Of a stretch of DNA of 64,000 nt, positions 60,845 to 64,000 are shown one piece after another. Source of the DNA: Eledone cirrhosa (taxonomy: Eukaryota); assembly GCA_964016885.1 (NCBI GenBank), contig OZ024766.1:4960001-5024000 (forward strand). The letters run 5' to 3'. Position numbers and translations under genes: made by a program. The notes under the pieces were generated by a model. That model worked only from the letters and a program-made list of their open reading frames with translations. It made no database searches and was not told the origin of the DNA. Each line of letters starts with the position of its first letter. Position 1 is the stretch's first letter.

Positions 60845-62046
60845 GAAACATAACTTAACAAAGGTTCTTACATAAAATTATTATGGAAGGTTTTTAGATA
60901 AATATAAACATTTTAAAACTAACAGTTTTGTATCCTAGAACCAGGGGTGTTTGGAACATAACTTAACAAAGGTTCTTACATAAAATTATTATGGAAGGTT
61001 TTCAGATAAATATAAACATTTTAAAACTAACAGTTTTGTATCATAGAACCAGGGGTGTTTGGAACATAACTTAACAAAGGTTCTTACATAAAATTATTAT
61101 GGAAGGTTTTTAGATAAATATAAACATTTTAAAACTAACAGTTTTGTATCATAGAACCAGGGGTGTTTGGAACATAACTTAACAAAGGTTCTTACATAAA
61201 ATTATTATGGAAGGTTTTCAGATAAATATAAACATTTTAAAACTAACAGTTTTGTATCATAGAACCAGGGGTGTTTGGAACATAACTTAACAAAGGTTCT
61301 TACATAAAATTATTATGGAAGGTTTTTAGATAAATATAAACATTTTAAAACTAACAGTTTTGTATCATAGAACCAGGGGTGTTTGGAACATAACTTAACA
61401 AAGGTTCTTACATAAAATTATTATGGAAGGTTTTCAGATAAATATAAACATTTTAAAACTAACAGTTTTTTATCATAGAACCAGGGGTGTTTGGAACATA
61501 ACTTAACAAAGGTTCTTACATAAAATTATTATGGAAGGTTTTCAGATAAATATAAACATTTTAAAACTAACAGTTTTGTATCCTAGAACCAGGGGTGTTT
61601 GGAACATAACTTAACAAAGGTTCTTACATAAAATTATTATGGAAGGTTTTCAGATAAATATAAACATTTTAAAACTAACAGTTTTGTATCATAGAACCAG
61701 GGGTGTTTGGAACATAACTTAACAAAGGTTCTTACATAAAATTATTATGGAAGGTTTTCAGATAAATATAAACATTTTAAAACTAACAGTTTTGTATCAT
61801 AGAACCAGGGGTGTTTGGAACATAACTTAACAAAGGTTCTTACATAAAATTATTATGGAAGGTTTTCAGATAAATATAAACATTTTAAAACTAACAGTTT
61901 TGTATCATAGAACCAGGGGTGTTTGGAACATAACTTAACAAAGGTTCTTACATAAAATTATTATGGAAGGTTTTTAGATAAATATAAACATTTTAAAACT
62001 AACAGTTTTGTATCATAGAACCAGGGGTGTTTGGAACATAACTTAA
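60845..62046. repeat. 108-bp tandem repeat x~11, intronic
   Basis: cataacttaacaaaggttcttac recurs every 108 bp. Confidence 0.92.
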
Positions 62047-62107
62047 TACAGCTTTTTAGATAATTATAAACAATTTTAACCGTACAACAAAATCTGTCCA
62101 AACTTAC

Positions 62108-62347
62108 CAATGATGTATTTGGCGTTCTGAAGGGCACTGCGAGCACAATCAACACTGGGTCCAAGGGAGCAGAAGCCGTGGTTATCCGGGGGACACACGG
62201 ACACGATAGCCACGTCCAGCGTGAGGATCTTGCGTCGGAAGAGGTGCGGGATCTCTCCAAGGAAAATTGGTGTGACATCGCCCCGTCCGTCGGCCACAGC
62301 CTGTCTACAGTTGGCCCCCAGGAACAGGGAGTTGCTACGGAAAATAC
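62108..62347 (-). CDS. CoA-transferase, most 5' exon visible (no earlier exon found in the window)
   Basis: ttgcag|IFRSNSLFLGANCRQAVADGRGDVTPIFLGEIPHLFRRKILTLDVAIVSVCPPDNHGFCSLGPSVDCARSALQNAKYII|gtaagt; 240 nt. Confidence 0.95.
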
Positions 62348-62617
62348 CTGCAATGGGAGAGGAAGAAGGGCTGATTATAAGGTAAACTCCCGACCACTGA
62401 AGGTGTAAAAAAGTTGGTGAAAGAAATATTTTTTTTATATTTTAGTGAAAGTCTTGTCTGGAGTTATCTCCCTTCAACTGTAAAATCTTAAAAAGTTTTG
62501 GTTCTCTCCCCTTCTCTAGCATTGGTTTCCTCCCTCTGTCTCGCATTCGTTCTCTCTCATTCTCTCTCTATATATATATATATTTGGTCGCCTCTCTCTC
62601 CATTTGGTTATCTCTTA

Positions 62618-62648
<31 letters not shown>

Positions 62649-63366
62649 CTTCAAAACCTCCATGCTACCTGAAATTGGCCAACACTACACCTGATATTCA
62701 CCCTCCATAAACACACATTTACACACACACACACAATCATCATCATCATCATCATAATATATATATATATATCATCATCATAATATATATATATATCTAT
62801 CATCATCATAATATATATATATATATCTATCTTTCATCATAATATATATATATATCTATCTTTCATAATATATATATATATATATCTTTCATCATAATAT
62901 ATATATATATATCTATCATCATCATCATAATATATATATATATATCTATCATCATCATAATATATATATATATATCTATCTATCATCATAATATATATAT
63001 ATATCTATCTTTTATCATAATATATATATATATATCTATCTTTCATCATAATATATATATATATATATATCTTTCATCATAATATATATATATATATCTA
63101 TCTTTCATCATAATATATATATATATATCTATCTTTCATCATAATATATATATATATATATATCTTTCATCATAATATATATATATATATCTATCTTTCA
63201 TCATAATATATATATATATCTATCTTTCATCATAATATATATATATATCTATCTTTCATCATAATTTATATATATATCTATCTTTCATCATAATATATAT
63301 ATATATCTATCTTTCATCATAATATATATATATATCTATCTTTCATCATCATCATCATCATCATCA

Positions 63367-63403
<37 letters not shown>

Positions 63404-63715
63404 GCACGCACACACGTATCTCTCTCTCTATATATATATCTCATGACTCATTCACTGTTCACTTTGCTGACATTTGTACATTATTCTATGTACTATACAT
63501 GCACCTTTGATGAGCTGTAGTGCACCTGAACACTGTACACAATTATATTCATTGTTATTCTCCTTTTCTGGTAGTATGATAGTGGTAGTGTTGGTGGTAG
63601 TATGACGTAGTGGTACTGTTAGTGGTACCAAACCACTGATAGTGGTCTAAAGGTATGTGAACCAGACAAAGTCACCTTTAGACTGTAGAGGTGAGAACTC
63701 CAAATCAGCAGGTAG

Positions 63716-63773
<58 letters not shown>

Positions 63774-63839
63774 GTGGGTGTTGTGTATATGTTGTCATCA
63801 GCATCATCATTTTCAGTCCGCTCTTCCCTGCTTGCAAGG

Positions 63840-63870
<31 letters not shown>

Positions 63871-63874
<4 letters not shown>

Positions 63875-64000
63875 GGCACATGGCTTAGTGGTTAGAGCAT
63901 TGGCCTTGCAATTGAAAGGTTGTGAGTTCAATTCTCAGACCGGGTGATGTGTTGATTCCTTGAGCAAGACACTTTATTTCACATTGCTCCAGTTTACTCA
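63871..64000 (+). mobile_element. tRNA-headed SINE family 1, 5' part (cut by the window end)
   Basis: ggaggcacatggcttagtggttagagcattggcc...gtgagttcaattctc. Confidence 0.8.

Overview
Eukaryotic, very repeat-rich DNA: (TA)n and other microsatellites, minisatellites, tRNA-derived SINEs, LINE, mariner and Penelope-type fragments. The overall character suggests a cephalopod (octopus-like) genome; this is inference. Manual splicing gives four protein-coding genes. (1) The 3' part of a + strand CAP/SCP-domain gene with a C-terminal ShKT domain (exons 1438-1553, 3150-3238, 4003-4032, 17524-17636). (2) A 908-aa metabotropic glutamate receptor with an intronless CDS (6836-9562), lying on the same strand inside the last intron of gene 1. 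(3) A complete paralogous secreted CAP-ShKT gene (29395-38566, 6 coding exons, 244 aa). (4) The 3' six exons of a - strand acetyl-CoA hydrolase/CoA-transferase family gene (62347-49032). Most interesting: the same-strand nested receptor; the CAP-ShKT pair, of which only one copy has a Lys-aromatic pair in the ShK dyad register; a hairpin array shared by both 3' UTRs; and several families of minimal hammerhead-ribozyme motifs, often as inverted pairs. Nearly all other long ORFs in the track are simple-repeat artefacts. Exon boundaries were read by hand, and repeat boundaries are approximate.
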